Shown here piece by piece: positions 47,522 through 56,136 of a DNA stretch of 64,000 nt (position 1 is its first letter; every line of letters starts with the position of its first letter). The translations under genes were made by a program, and so were the position numbers. The stretch is from Escherichia phage alia: the sequence record NC_052655.1. The stretch is one strand, 5' to 3'. The notes under the pieces are model-generated. The model had not been told where the DNA came from, made no database searches, and saw nothing but the letters and a program-made list of their open reading frames with translations.

Positions 47522-48065
47522 ATATGTGATCCAGTCCTGGGTAAAGCATGATGCTGATGATCCGCGCATAATACCAGATGACATGATCGATCACATGGTA
47601 GGGTATAGCGGGGAGCAGATAGGAAATCGAGCGGCAAAGAGCAACGGCAACACAAAGGCGCGATCCGTTCGCCCTGGTTGGCTGGCAAATGGTAACGCTG
47701 ACATTGCAAGCGCCGCAGATCCAAGCGATGACGCTAAAACTAATCCCTTATACAGCATTGATCCGGCTTTTAAGGTGTTAGAAGAGTATCCCGCTAAATT
47801 AGCCGCACTAGATAAGGCATACGAAGAAAAGCGCATGGCATGGACTGTATACAACACCGCTAAAATGGTGCTAGATGCAAAATTGATTAAAGCCCAGGAG
47901 AAGATCAATAAACTTGTTACCATAGTGCAAGAGGAAGACCAGGACGACCAGGAGGAAGAGGAAGAAATCATGCCTAACCTGGAAGAGGAAGAGATCCAGC
48001 CATACATGCCGACGGAAGAGGAAAAAAGACAAGCCCTAAAAAATTATGAAAATTGTCTTGTGTAA
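47511..48065 (+). CDS. hypothetical protein with acidic low-complexity tail
   Basis: 184 aa; 'QEEDQDDQEEEEEIMPNLEEEEIQ'. Confidence 0.5.
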   Translation: MGREYVIQSWVKHDADDPRIIPDDMIDHMVGYSGEQIGNRAAKSNGNTKARSVRPGWLANGNADIASAADPSDDAKTNPLYSIDPAFKVLEEYPAKLAALDKAYEEKRMAWTVYNTAKMVLDAKLIKAQEKINKLVTIVQEEDQDDQEEEEEIMPNLEEEEIQPYMPTEEEKRQALKNYENCLV

Positions 48066-48068
48066 GGC

Positions 48069-48125
48069 TTGACATATGCAAACAAGCCCCGTAATATGTA
48101 CCACATAAAGCGGGGCAACGCCCCA
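48069..48125 (+). promoter_or_regulatory. promoter + 5' stem-loop module
   Basis: TTGACA-N17-TAATAT followed by hairpin 'GCGGGGCAACGCCCC'. Confidence 0.55.
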
Positions 48126-48147
48126 TAAGGTGAAATAAAAAAATCAC

Positions 48148-48175
48148 TTGACACCTGAAATCAGTAAGCTATAAT
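48148..48175 (+). promoter_or_regulatory. consensus sigma70 promoter (tandem, second)
   Basis: Perfect TTGACA-N16-TATAAT; no stem-loop. Confidence 0.6.
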
Positions 48176-48212
48176 GCTTATATAGATTGAAACATTACTA
48201 AGGAATAAAAGC

Positions 48213-48392
48213 ATGGCTATTATTGCAAAGACTGAGATCGTAGGTTTAGATTCTATCATCCTGGCATATGAGGAAGCTATAGAAATGTATGTGGTTTCCT
48301 ATGGTGATTATATCCGTGAATATAAATCTATTGATCTAGCTTTTGAATGTTATATTCGCCAGGTCAATAAAGCCTATGATGATTATCGTTAA
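48213..48392 (+). CDS. hypothetical small protein
   Basis: 59-aa ORF (just below track cutoff) downstream of the tandem promoters. Confidence 0.35.
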   Translation: MAIIAKTEIVGLDSIILAYEEAIEMYVVSYGDYIREYKSIDLAFECYIRQVNKAYDDYR

Positions 48393-48411
48393 AAGTTTTA
48401 GTCTTGTGCTA

Positions 48412-48440
48412 TTGACAACGAACGATAGTACAAGCATAAT
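48412..48440 (+). promoter_or_regulatory. sigma70-like promoter
   Basis: TTGACA-N17-CATAAT; no stem-loop. Confidence 0.5.
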
Positions 48441-48487
48441 AACTTTTATCGGGAATACTCCTAACTAATCAAAAGAGATTAAAGACT

Positions 48488-48853
48488 ATGGCTAAAAATA
48501 TCAATGTTTCTGCTTATGCTACCCTGGCTAACACTGCTAAAATTGAACTATCCAGCATTGAAGCGGTACATATTAGCGCCCGTCGCTGGTTTCAAAAGTC
48601 TTATGGTAATACTTATTTCTCTTTGATGGTTGACGTTGAGATCGGCGGTAAACTGATTGAAGTCGTTAACGTTCCGTTTCAATATGGTTATGGTGATCAT
48701 TTTGATACCGTTGCCCTAGAAGAGTTTAGCAAGGTTATCAACCTGGAAGGTAAAGACTTTTCAAATTATGCTTACCTTTCCCGTTTTTGCCGTGACAATG
48801 GGATCGCTGTATACAGTCATGCAAGCGATGTTAAACGTAAAAAAGATTTATAA
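48488..48853 (+). CDS. hypothetical small protein (cassette gene)
   Basis: 121 aa. Confidence 0.5.
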   Translation: MAKNINVSAYATLANTAKIELSSIEAVHISARRWFQKSYGNTYFSLMVDVEIGGKLIEVVNVPFQYGYGDHFDTVALEEFSKVINLEGKDFSNYAYLSRFCRDNGIAVYSHASDVKRKKDL

Positions 48854-48859
48854 AAAGCA

Positions 48860-48917
48860 TTGACAGCACGAATAAAAAGCATATAATACTTATATCGAGA
48901 GCGGGAATAGTTCCCGC
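48860..48917 (+). promoter_or_regulatory. promoter + 5' stem-loop module
   Basis: TTGACA-N16-TATAAT followed by 'GCGGGAATAGTTCCCGC'. Confidence 0.65.
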
Positions 48918-48941
48918 CTCACTGAAAAAGAGATTAACATC

Positions 48942-49181
48942 ATGGCTAAATCTAAAATGTACAACGGTCACAAAAATAAAACTCATTGGAATGTAAGCCT
49001 TTGGATCAACAACGATGAAGGTTTTTATAATCTTGCGCGTGAATTTATCGCAGCTAACACCAATAAGAATGACGCAGCGCGTGATATGATGTTATTTCTT
49101 GAAAGTATGGATCAAGATAAAACGCCAGACGGATTCAAGTTCAGTAAAACTGCAATCCGTGCCGCTATGGTTGGAATGTAA
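48942..49181 (+). CDS. hypothetical small protein (cassette gene)
   Basis: 79 aa. Confidence 0.5.
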   Translation: MAKSKMYNGHKNKTHWNVSLWINNDEGFYNLAREFIAANTNKNDAARDMMLFLESMDQDKTPDGFKFSKTAIRAAMVGM

Positions 49182-49194
49182 AGGAGACATAAAA

Positions 49195-49275
49195 ATGAAA
49201 CATCGTTCGACCTATCTGACAAAACGTTTTAGCTTAGATCATAAATTAGGCTATTACGGAAGAAATAGAAAATAA
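49195..49275 (+). CDS. hypothetical micro-ORF
   Basis: 26-aa ORF with a GGAGA RBS; may be non-coding. Confidence 0.2.
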   Translation: MKHRSTYLTKRFSLDHKLGYYGRNRK

Positions 49276-49276
49276 T

Positions 49277-49336
49277 TTGACAACGTTTAAAATTAGTGTA
49301 AGATGTATCACATAGGGCGGGAAATGGTTTCCCGCC
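49277..49336 (+). promoter_or_regulatory. promoter + 5' stem-loop module
   Basis: TTGACA-N16-TAAGAT followed by 'CACATAGGGCGGGAAATGGTTTCCCGCC'. Confidence 0.6.
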
Positions 49337-49358
49337 AAATCAAAGAAAGGTTATCATT

Positions 49359-49586
49359 ATGGCTATCGTTATTGTTCGCGTATCCGGTACGGTTGGGATC
49401 TCCCAGGTAGTAGCAGTTATCACCGAGAAGAAAGGAGATGATCTTCACTCCTCCTTGAATAGCTGGGCGGTCGCTAACTTTGGGCAATGGTCGAGCGTTG
49501 AGTACATCGAATCCTACCAGGTGCCAACGATTAGCCTAACCGATCTAAATGTTGATCGCTTGTTGTGCCTGGATCAATTAAACTAA
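49359..49586 (+). CDS. hypothetical small protein (cassette gene)
   Basis: 75 aa. Confidence 0.5.
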   Translation: MAIVIVRVSGTVGISQVVAVITEKKGDDLHSSLNSWAVANFGQWSSVEYIESYQVPTISLTDLNVDRLLCLDQLN

Positions 49587-49594
49587 AAATAATA

Positions 49595-49652
49595 TTGACA
49601 AGATAACTAAAATCAGTAAAATGTAATGCATAGGGCGGCAATAGTGCCGCTC
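49595..49652 (+). promoter_or_regulatory. promoter + 5' stem-loop module
   Basis: TTGACA-N16-TAAAAT followed by 'GCATAGGGCGGCAATAGTGCCGCTC'. Confidence 0.6.
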
Positions 49653-49673
49653 CTAGTGAGAGAGATTATCAAG

Positions 49674-49889
49674 ATGGCTAATATCCGCACACTGTTAAAA
49701 AATGCAAGTCAAGTTTTATTTTCAGATGACGAGTATTTCAACAAAGACATTACAGGCGTGAAAAATTTAAAAGACGTGAAGGATGTTATCGGTATCCGTG
49801 GATCTTTACGTAAAGGTGACATATACGGTAACAAGGTGCAATATAAACTGTCAAAAGATTATGATTTTACTTTGACATTTATTTCATAA
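49674..49889 (+). CDS. hypothetical small protein (cassette gene)
   Basis: Start at 'MANIRT' (track start 49626 lies inside the stem-loop). Confidence 0.5.
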   Translation: MANIRTLLKNASQVLFSDDEYFNKDITGVKNLKDVKDVIGIRGSLRKGDIYGNKVQYKLSKDYDFTLTFIS

Positions 49890-49895
49890 AACCGC

Positions 49896-49956
49896 TTGCA
49901 ATACTGCAAAAATAAAGTAAACTGTATTCATCAAGGCGGTGGAATAGCCCACCGCC
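49896..49956 (+). promoter_or_regulatory. promoter + 5' stem-loop module
   Basis: TTGCAA-N16-TAAACT followed by 'GGCGGTGGAATAGCCCACCGCC' (8-bp stem). Confidence 0.5.
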
Positions 49957-49979
49957 TAACAAAGAGAAGAGGAAACATC

Positions 49980-50150
49980 ATGATCACTTTCGCTACCCGT
50001 GAAGCCGCTCGCAACGTTGCACGTAAAGTTAACGCCGCCAACCTGGGCGCTACGCTTAAAGCCCCGGTAAAAGATGAATCAGGTAAATGGATCTTCCCTG
50101 GTCTGCGTCACGCTGATAAGCTGGGAACGTTAACGCTAAAAAATAAATAA
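49980..50150 (+). CDS. hypothetical small protein (cassette gene)
   Basis: 56 aa, start at 'MITFATRE' with a GAGGAAA RBS. Confidence 0.45.
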   Translation: MITFATREAARNVARKVNAANLGATLKAPVKDESGKWIFPGLRHADKLGTLTLKNK

Positions 50151-50157
50151 AATCCGC

Positions 50158-50216
50158 TTGACAGTAGCATCATTTATAAGTAAAGTAACAACAACGGCGG
50201 GAAATGGTTTCCCGCC
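50158..50216 (+). promoter_or_regulatory. promoter + 5' stem-loop module
   Basis: TTGACA-N17-TAAAGT followed by 'GGCGGGAAATGGTTTCCCGCC'. Confidence 0.6.
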
Positions 50217-50236
50217 ATCAATAAAGAGATAAGATC

Positions 50237-50596
50237 ATGAAATCAGTAAAAGCAATTAAAACTTACATTGTGTCGGCTATTTCTTTTGATGGTACTACAA
50301 CCGAAAAAGAAAAGATCACCGAACTGATGCGCCGTTTTAACTCTGAATACTGGTATCCCGATAATCAAAAACGTTACAATTATAACGTGATCAAGGCGAT
50401 AGCCTCATGGTTACAAGGTTTACCGTCAGAAATCAATATTGCTTTTGATTATAACGAGATCGATCACTTGTTAATTGAATGGAAGTACATAAAAGAAACA
50501 AGCAAAGAAACAACCGTTACCCGTGAGCGGGAAAATTATTGGTTATATATTGCAAGCATGATCGTAATCCTGGCAAAACAGCATAACGTGGCGTAA
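50237..50596 (+). CDS. hypothetical small protein (cassette gene)
   Basis: 119 aa. Confidence 0.5.
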   Translation: MKSVKAIKTYIVSAISFDGTTTEKEKITELMRRFNSEYWYPDNQKRYNYNVIKAIASWLQGLPSEINIAFDYNEIDHLLIEWKYIKETSKETTVTRERENYWLYIASMIVILAKQHNVA

Positions 50597-50611
50597 TTAA
50601 GAGGAAGAAAC

Positions 50612-50749
50612 ATGAACGCATCACAGCAGATCGAAAAATTCAACCGCAGCAAGGCGCGTAAAGATTGGAACGAAGAGATCACCAAAAAAGGCGACAAGCG
50701 GAACAAAACAAAGAGAGATCGCAGCACAAAAAGATACTGGAACGAATAA
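50612..50749 (+). CDS. hypothetical small Lys/Arg-rich protein
   Basis: 45-aa ORF with a GAGGAAGAAA RBS. Confidence 0.35.
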   Translation: MNASQQIEKFNRSKARKDWNEEITKKGDKRNKTKRDRSTKRYWNE

Positions 50750-50756
50750 CAAAAAA

Positions 50757-50777
50757 GGGCGCAATAAGCGCCCTTTT
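50757..50777 (+). terminator. intrinsic terminator (GGGCGC-aataa-GCGCCC-TTTT)
   Basis: Perfect 6-bp GC stem plus T-run. Confidence 0.6.
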
Positions 50778-50867
50778 AGCTTATATAGAGGCTTGTTACC
50801 CATAGGCAATGGTAACGCCAGGATAAGCCTATAAACCACGTTAGACAGCTTTACAGGAGCTTTAAAA

Positions 50868-51050
50868 ATGAAATTAGAAGAAATAAGCAAGGCACTAGCC
50901 CAGGGGCAAAGGTTAAACGCCCGTTATCGTGATCAATATGGCTTCATAACCAGCGGCGTGATCCTGGGGATTGAAGGCAATAAGATTTTTATTGACACGT
51001 TGAAAAACGTTGTATATAGTGACAATATAATCTCAATAAAACATATATGA
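50868..51050 (+). CDS. hypothetical small protein
   Basis: 60 aa; upstream hairpin 'GTTACC-cataggcaat-GGTAAC' near 50797. Confidence 0.45.
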   Translation: MKLEEISKALAQGQRLNARYRDQYGFITSGVILGIEGNKIFIDTLKNVVYSDNIISIKHI

Positions 51051-51058
51051 GGCAAGAA

Positions 51059-51460
51059 ATGAAAAAATTATTGATCGCTGGTTTAATCTCTTTTGGCATG
51101 GTTGGAACATCTAGCGCGGCGATATCCTCCACAGTAGCAGAATTAAGCGCCGTTGATGCAATGGAAAACGTCATGCTTATTAATAATGCGATCCCCGATG
51201 AAATCATGGAGGATTCACACATGATCGCTTATGGTGCTGTTACACAACTAACGGCAAAAATAGATAAATCTATTGCTAATGGCTTAAATGAAGATGTACC
51301 ATGTGAAATTATTACCAGTGTGCTAACGACTCAAAATTTTACGCCGTGGTTAAAAAGTATTCAAAAGGTACACAGCACCGCCGCAGATCGTAGCAATGAA
51401 AAACTGGTGTCAGCACTTGCAACGTATACCCTAGCAAAATGCACCGAAATAAAAGATTGA
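51059..51460 (+). CDS. hypothetical secreted protein
   Basis: Signal peptide 'MKKLLIAGLISFGMVGTSSAA'; start moved from 51047. Confidence 0.5.
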   Translation: MKKLLIAGLISFGMVGTSSAAISSTVAELSAVDAMENVMLINNAIPDEIMEDSHMIAYGAVTQLTAKIDKSIANGLNEDVPCEIITSVLTTQNFTPWLKSIQKVHSTAADRSNEKLVSALATYTLAKCTEIKD

Positions 51461-51484
51461 CAACATAGAAAGCACGTTATAAGA
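51458..51484 (+). promoter_or_regulatory. sigma70-like promoter
   Basis: TTGACA (overlapping the upstream stop)-N15-TATAAG; GGAGAA RBS follows. Confidence 0.35.
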
Positions 51485-51507
51485 TACACACAACAAAGGA
51501 GAACTAC

Positions 51508-51810
51508 ATGAACGGCATAGCTAAAACGTTTTTTCTTTTTTCTGGTGTAAATAATCCATCAATAAAAGTCGATAGTGTAAAAGAAAACAATACTATCACC
51601 GCTAAATTGTTTCAAGATGAAACAAATAACGTGCTAATCATTAATCTTAAAGAAATAACGAAAGGTTATTATACTATTGCTTACCATGCGATCTATCATG
51701 CGGGTACTAGTGAGGAAGTGCAAACAAGCAACAACGAAAGCGCGGCGCTACCTGGTGATCTGGTGCTGGGTGTTATCAGTTTAATTGTCAATGATTTTTT
51801 TAAGGAGTAA
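51508..51810 (+). CDS. hypothetical protein
   Basis: 100 aa. Confidence 0.45.
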   Translation: MNGIAKTFFLFSGVNNPSIKVDSVKENNTITAKLFQDETNNVLIINLKEITKGYYTIAYHAIYHAGTSEEVQTSNNESAALPGDLVLGVISLIVNDFFKE

Positions 51811-52068
51811 AACCATGCCCTATTTACATTTATTTTTCGGGATCTTATTGTCAGGATCTTTTTTCTTCTGTATACTTGTTTCTATTGTAAACCACGTTTT
51901 AAGACATTAAGGAAACAGCATGAAAATTATTCCCGTACAATATAGCGTAATAAATCCAGCATACGAGGAAGGAAGGAAAACAAGCATGGCTTTATGTTGT
52001 ATTGCTACTATAGCCATGTTGTTATGCATTGTGTTTTAATAGGTTTTATAGTTGTACGCTTTAAAGGC

Positions 52069-52097
52069 TTGACAATTTTTTGTTATGCTTTAAACTA
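52069..52097 (+). promoter_or_regulatory. sigma70-like promoter
   Basis: TTGACA-N17-AAACTA; weak -10. Confidence 0.35.
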
Positions 52098-52139
52098 TAT
52101 CTTGAAAACGGCAAAGGCCGCAAACAAAAGGGTAAAATT

Positions 52140-52463
52140 ATGAAATCTGTGATCGGTGTTTATTTGGATAACTCTGATTTTTTCTATCATCGTGCTCGTT
52201 TCCTTGATGCGATTGAAATGATAGAATCAGGCTTTAAAGAGTATCGCCTTGCACATGATGACCTGGAAGCATTACAGGGCAATAGTGTTTTTACATTGCA
52301 AGCTAAAGCACTATGCAAAAGCCGGATCGACATTGCGAGCAAAAAGATAGAACGCGGCATGTCCTGGTTACGCACCGCAGAAATCAACATGGGGCAATGG
52401 TACGGCGAAAACTTAGAAAATAAACATGCTTTTGTCAATGTAGAAAATATTGAAGATTATTGA
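52140..52463 (+). CDS. hypothetical small protein (cassette gene)
   Basis: Start at 'MKSVIGVY' (track start 52080). Confidence 0.45.
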   Translation: MKSVIGVYLDNSDFFYHRARFLDAIEMIESGFKEYRLAHDDLEALQGNSVFTLQAKALCKSRIDIASKKIERGMSWLRTAEINMGQWYGENLENKHAFVNVENIEDY

Positions 52464-52525
52464 TTGACAGCACACCTGATAAGGAGTATATTGTATCTCA
52501 TAGAGCGGGGAAATGGTTTCCCCGC
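52464..52525 (+). promoter_or_regulatory. promoter + 5' stem-loop module
   Basis: TTGACA-N17-TATATT followed by 'GCGGGGAAATGGTTTCCCCGC'. Confidence 0.6.
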
Positions 52526-52545
52526 CTTAACAGAAGAGATAAGAT

Positions 52546-52830
52546 ATGAAGATCACAAAAGCACTTTCCAACTATGCAGCACGTCGCGGATTATGCTTAT
52601 CCGTTGAAAACTTAGGGAAAGAAGATTTTTTGTGCTTTTGGGAGCTTGAGAATGATAATGAGTGGATCTTCTCTTATTCTATCTGCGAAGATCAAAACGG
52701 TTGTTTATTAACCTGGCGCGGTAATATCTATCTACCGGAAGAAATCAAAGAAGAATTGCCAGGCACGATCATGACTGAGAAACAGCTTAAGGAAGTGATT
52801 AATTTTGTAGGGCAAAACATTAAAAAATAA
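52546..52830 (+). CDS. hypothetical small protein (cassette gene)
   Basis: 94 aa. Confidence 0.5.
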   Translation: MKITKALSNYAARRGLCLSVENLGKEDFLCFWELENDNEWIFSYSICEDQNGCLLTWRGNIYLPEEIKEELPGTIMTEKQLKEVINFVGQNIKK

Positions 52831-52831
52831 T

Positions 52832-52891
52832 TTGACACTAGGCAAACAACGTAGTAAAGTTTATCACATAGGGCGGGAAATGGTTTCCCGC
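52832..52891 (+). promoter_or_regulatory. promoter + 5' stem-loop module
   Basis: TTGACA-N17-TAAAGT followed by 'CACATAGGGCGGGAAATGGTTTCCCGC'. Confidence 0.6.
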
Positions 52892-52914
52892 TCACAACAG
52901 AAGAGAAACACATC

Positions 52915-53085
52915 ATGATCCCGACTATGTTTTACGTATCGCGCAAAGGTCACAATATTTTTTGGTCTGAAGATTTAAATGAAGCCATGACGTTTGCCCG
53001 TGATCGTGTTGCTATCGGTGGCGTTAACATTACCGTAACCGATGAAAACGGCATTGAATACTATAACGGCGACGATGAAGAGTAA
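52915..53085 (+). CDS. hypothetical small protein
   Basis: 56-aa ORF (below track cutoff). Confidence 0.4.
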   Translation: MIPTMFYVSRKGHNIFWSEDLNEAMTFARDRVAIGGVNITVTDENGIEYYNGDDEE

Positions 53086-53092
53086 TTAATAA

Positions 53093-53113
53093 GGCGGGGG
53101 AGTATTCCCCGCC
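53093..53113 (+). promoter_or_regulatory. 5' stem-loop without an obvious -35/-10
   Basis: 'GGCGGGGGAGTATTCCCCGCC' 20 nt upstream of the next ATG. Confidence 0.4.
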
Positions 53114-53132
53114 GTCAATAAAGAGGTAAATC

Positions 53133-53402
53133 ATGAAAATATCTTTGGACGTTGCAATCAAGGCCATCGAATCCGGTTACACCCTGGTAAAAGATGATAA
53201 GGCTAAAACCGTGCACCACGTTAACAAGGAAACAGGCGAAAGCATGATCACATATAAAGCCGCCTACTTTCTCCAATCAGTAGCAGATCCGCGCGTACAA
53301 CGCCAGGTTACAGCGGCTATTGCTAAAAAATTATGTGCTTTACAGGGCACAAGTTTTAACGAGATCGCCCCGTGTTTTGACTGGTCGAGCTTGAAAAAAT
53401 AG
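53133..53402 (+). CDS. hypothetical small protein (cassette gene)
   Basis: 89 aa. Confidence 0.5.
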   Translation: MKISLDVAIKAIESGYTLVKDDKAKTVHHVNKETGESMITYKAAYFLQSVADPRVQRQVTAAIAKKLCALQGTSFNEIAPCFDWSSLKK

Positions 53403-53403
53403 T

Positions 53404-53461
53404 TTGACAACAATTATAAATCGGGTAGAATGTATTTCGTAGGGCGGCAATAGTGCCGCTC
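53404..53461 (+). promoter_or_regulatory. promoter + 5' stem-loop module
   Basis: TTGACA-N16-TAGAAT followed by 'GGGCGGCAATAGTGCCGCTC'. Confidence 0.6.
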
Positions 53462-53482
53462 ACAACTAAAAGAGAAATCAGC

Positions 53483-53677
53483 ATGGCGCTTAAAAAACTA
53501 ACAAGCAATACTCGTTGGGATGAAATCGACGGAGAAGTTTACATTTTCGCCCGTAAACCAGGTGATCAAAAATGGTCAAAGGCTTTTACTTGCCACCCTG
53601 CAACAATAGATCTAATAAAAAGTAAAGGTTTACGTGAAGCAGTAGCGAGAAGTTTACTGATCCCTTATAAAAAATAG
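53483..53677 (+). CDS. hypothetical small protein (cassette gene)
   Basis: Start at 'MALKKLTS' (track start 53453). Confidence 0.45.
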   Translation: MALKKLTSNTRWDEIDGEVYIFARKPGDQKWSKAFTCHPATIDLIKSKGLREAVARSLLIPYKK

Positions 53678-53678
53678 T

Positions 53679-53740
53679 TTGACAATATGCTGTTATCTGG
53701 TAAAGTGTACGACATAGGGCGGGGCAATAAGGCAACGCCC
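53679..53740 (+). promoter_or_regulatory. promoter + 5' stem-loop module (variant loop)
   Basis: TTGACA-N16-TAAAGT followed by 'GGGCG-gggcaataaggcaa-CGCCC'. Confidence 0.5.
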
Positions 53741-53758
53741 ATTAATGAGGGTAGAATC

Positions 53759-53863
53759 ATGTTAGAGAAAATTTTCACGGTTGTAATAGTGGGCCTGGCG
53801 TTATCGGTTGGATTGGTTGCAACTATGGCTAACATGATCCTATCTTCCCACGGTATTGGATAA
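53759..53863 (+). CDS. hypothetical hydrophobic micro-protein
   Basis: 34-aa ORF 'MLEKIFTVVIVGLALSVGLVATMANMILSSHGIG'. Confidence 0.3.
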   Translation: MLEKIFTVVIVGLALSVGLVATMANMILSSHGIG

Positions 53864-53873
53864 GGTGAATCAA

Positions 53874-54089
53874 ATGATCACGAATAAGACAGGTAAAACA
53901 GAATTTTTACGCGGCTTGCAAATAGGTAAACCTGAGATCTGGCATTGCACTAAATCCGCGCATAATGAAATGAAAGATTTTACCGCTACTTTACAACGTG
54001 TTAAAATATCTATCACACAGAAAAAAGCCTTGTTAGTAGTAGAAAACGAGATCCCGCAAACCATTATTATTGTCGAGCGTACAGCATGA
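53874..54089 (+). CDS. hypothetical small protein
   Basis: Start at 'MITNKTG' (track start 53856). Confidence 0.45.
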   Translation: MITNKTGKTEFLRGLQIGKPEIWHCTKSAHNEMKDFTATLQRVKISITQKKALLVVENEIPQTIIIVERTA

Positions 54090-54472
54090 AAACTGAAATC
54101 ATTAACGAAATGATCAACGGCTATAAAGAAGCCTTTATTTTTGCCGAACCAGCGACGGATCACAATGGGGAATATATTGAGAATCTAGACGATTATGATT
54201 TTTCTCCTAGCGCCCTGAAACGTATTACCAGCGATGTGACCGCCTTTTGTAGTGCCAATGTTGCCGCTATCTCTGAGGCAATGAGCGACGGCGCAACAGC
54301 AAACCAGATCGGGAATGACTTACATTTCACCCGTAACGGTCACGGCGTAGGCTTTTGGGATCGCCCTGAAATATACACTACTAACACCGCCAACCGCCTA
54401 ACAAATGCAGCTAAATTAATGCCATCGGTGCATGCTTACATTGGTGAAGATAATTTGATTTATATTGAATAA
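54086..54472 (+). CDS. hypothetical protein
   Basis: 128 aa; ATGA start/stop overlap. Confidence 0.5.
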   Translation: MKTEIINEMINGYKEAFIFAEPATDHNGEYIENLDDYDFSPSALKRITSDVTAFCSANVAAISEAMSDGATANQIGNDLHFTRNGHGVGFWDRPEIYTTNTANRLTNAAKLMPSVHAYIGEDNLIYIE

Positions 54473-54478
54473 AAAGTA

Positions 54479-54537
54479 TTGACACCGATCCCCAATATGG
54501 TATTATTTACCACGTAGGCGGGAAATGGTTTCCCGCC
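54479..54537 (+). promoter_or_regulatory. promoter + 5' stem-loop module
   Basis: TTGACA-N16-TATTAT followed by 'GGCGGGAAATGGTTTCCCGCC'. Confidence 0.6.
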
Positions 54538-54560
54538 AGGTAATCAAAAAGGTAAATACT

Positions 54561-54950
54561 ATGCGCAACCTGGTTTCTGTTTCTAACGTTGAAAAATTCC
54601 AATCTTTACAGGGTATCGTTAACAACGTAGCGCCTTTTTTAGTAAACGGCTTGATTGCAAAGATGAAAAATAAACATCATGCGGCATGGTCTGCTTATTG
54701 CTTTGATAATGATGAAAAAGCGGCTGAAATGATGTTAGATATGCTGTTAGATAGTGTAGAAACATCTTTACCGGAAAACATCGCAGAAGAGATCACCTAT
54801 CGTTATAATATGGCGATCACTTACCAGGAGGTTGCGCAATTCAACATGATGGATGATGACGAACAACAGGATCAAGAAATGTTTTGGGAGTATGCAGATC
54901 GTCAATCGGCTTTTGATGAAAAGTTAGCGATGTATTATAACGAATATTAA
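54561..54950 (+). CDS. hypothetical small acidic protein (cassette gene)
   Basis: Start at 'MRNLVSVS' (track start 54525). Confidence 0.5.
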   Translation: MRNLVSVSNVEKFQSLQGIVNNVAPFLVNGLIAKMKNKHHAAWSAYCFDNDEKAAEMMLDMLLDSVETSLPENIAEEITYRYNMAITYQEVAQFNMMDDDEQQDQEMFWEYADRQSAFDEKLAMYYNEY

Positions 54951-54967
54951 TACACGGTAAAAGAAAG

Positions 54968-54990
54968 GGGCGCACTAAGCGCCCTTTTTT
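54968..54990 (+). terminator. intrinsic terminator (GGGCGC-actaa-GCGCCC-TTTTTT)
   Basis: Same stem as the terminators at 50757 and 56137. Confidence 0.65.
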
Positions 54991-55335
54991 GTATTCTTTT
55001 TTCACGATGGAAACAACACGTAAAGAATAGGCGTAAAGGTGGCGTAAAACAGTCTAAAACCGATTATAACCGCTTAAACAAGGTAACAATGACTAATCAC
55101 CTTGCCAGGATGAAAAAGCTGTTAGAAAGCTGTTTAGAGCGTTTAAAGCACATAGGAAATAACTTGCTTTTTATCTTGCCTTTTATCCTGCTTTTGATTA
55201 TTATTATGGAACGGGCGGCACCTGGGGACAGGGGAAGATAATCACCGGAAGATCTTATCATATATTGATAGCTTCCCCCTATCAAACAACAAAACATTAA
55301 AGAGATAAACTATCAAATCTTTACAATCCTACCTA

Positions 55336-55364
55336 TTGACCGATAAATCACAACAGTTTAATAT
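55336..55364 (+). promoter_or_regulatory. sigma70-like promoter
   Basis: TTGACC-N17-TAATAT, about 48 nt upstream of the ATG at 55413. Confidence 0.4.
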
Positions 55365-55412
55365 TGTTTTTAGAGGTTAGAATATTCCCCAAACGAAAAC
55401 AGGAAAAAGAAA

Positions 55413-55649
55413 ATGAAAGAAGTCATGATCCTCAAAAAATCACCTATTTTACGTGGCGGTTTTATCGCTTACTCTGATGATCTGTTAATTGCAACAGTTG
55501 CAAAAATACTAAAATCAGAAGAGGATAGTAAAAACGGCGTTTATCGTATCTGTTTCACCCGTGGAAAATTACAAGGCAAGATCGCCTATGCCTTTGATTT
55601 ACAAGATGTAAATGATAAAATCTGCGCTGTTATTGATTATGCAAAATAA
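55413..55649 (+). CDS. hypothetical small protein
   Basis: 78 aa. Confidence 0.45.
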   Translation: MKEVMILKKSPILRGGFIAYSDDLLIATVAKILKSEEDSKNGVYRICFTRGKLQGKIAYAFDLQDVNDKICAVIDYAK

Positions 55650-55661
55650 TTAACTTTCTTA

Positions 55662-55690
55662 TTGACACCGGATCACGCTTACATTATTAT
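55662..55690 (+). promoter_or_regulatory. sigma70-like promoter
   Basis: TTGACA-N17-TATTAT; downstream 'CACGTAGGGCAAATC' looks like a degenerate copy of the stem-loop. Confidence 0.5.
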
Positions 55691-55736
55691 TTATCACGTA
55701 GGGCAAATCATTTTAAACGGTAAACGAGGAAACACC

Positions 55737-56120
55737 ATGAGCAATATCATCAACCTGGCGGCTACTGTAAACGGTAAAGATTTTAACGGCGCTGTAGATC
55801 GTGATCCTATGTGGTGCTTATCAGTGTTTAAAGGCGATCTGGTTGAAGTTAGAACAACCGAAGGGTATAGCGATGATTATAAATGCGAGATCCATTTACA
55901 TAACTGGTACACGGGTAAAACTTATGCGCTGAATCATGCGTTTATCGGGAAAATTGAATATCGCGAGATGATCGACGAAGAAACGGGGCAAGATTTTAGC
56001 GAGCATGTTTATATTCGTTCAGAAACATTAGCCGAACGTTTGATCGAGAAAATGAAAGCAAAAAATAAAATTAATTTATCTCATTGGATTGATATAACAA
56101 ACGATCCGGCTTATCAGTAA
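55737..56120 (+). CDS. hypothetical small protein (cassette gene)
   Basis: Start at 'MSNIINLA' (track start 55662) with a GAGGAAA RBS. Confidence 0.5.
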   Translation: MSNIINLAATVNGKDFNGAVDRDPMWCLSVFKGDLVEVRTTEGYSDDYKCEIHLHNWYTGKTYALNHAFIGKIEYREMIDEETGQDFSEHVYIRSETLAERLIEKMKAKNKINLSHWIDITNDPAYQ

Positions 56121-56136
56121 ATAACATTTCATACAA

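Noticed and set aside
49626-49673. Longer N-terminal extensions given by the track for several cassette genes (for example 49626, 52080, 53453, 54525, 55662)
   Set aside because: The extensions run through the promoter -10 and stem-loop and lack an RBS; an internal ATG with a proper Shine-Dalgarno site is the more plausible start.
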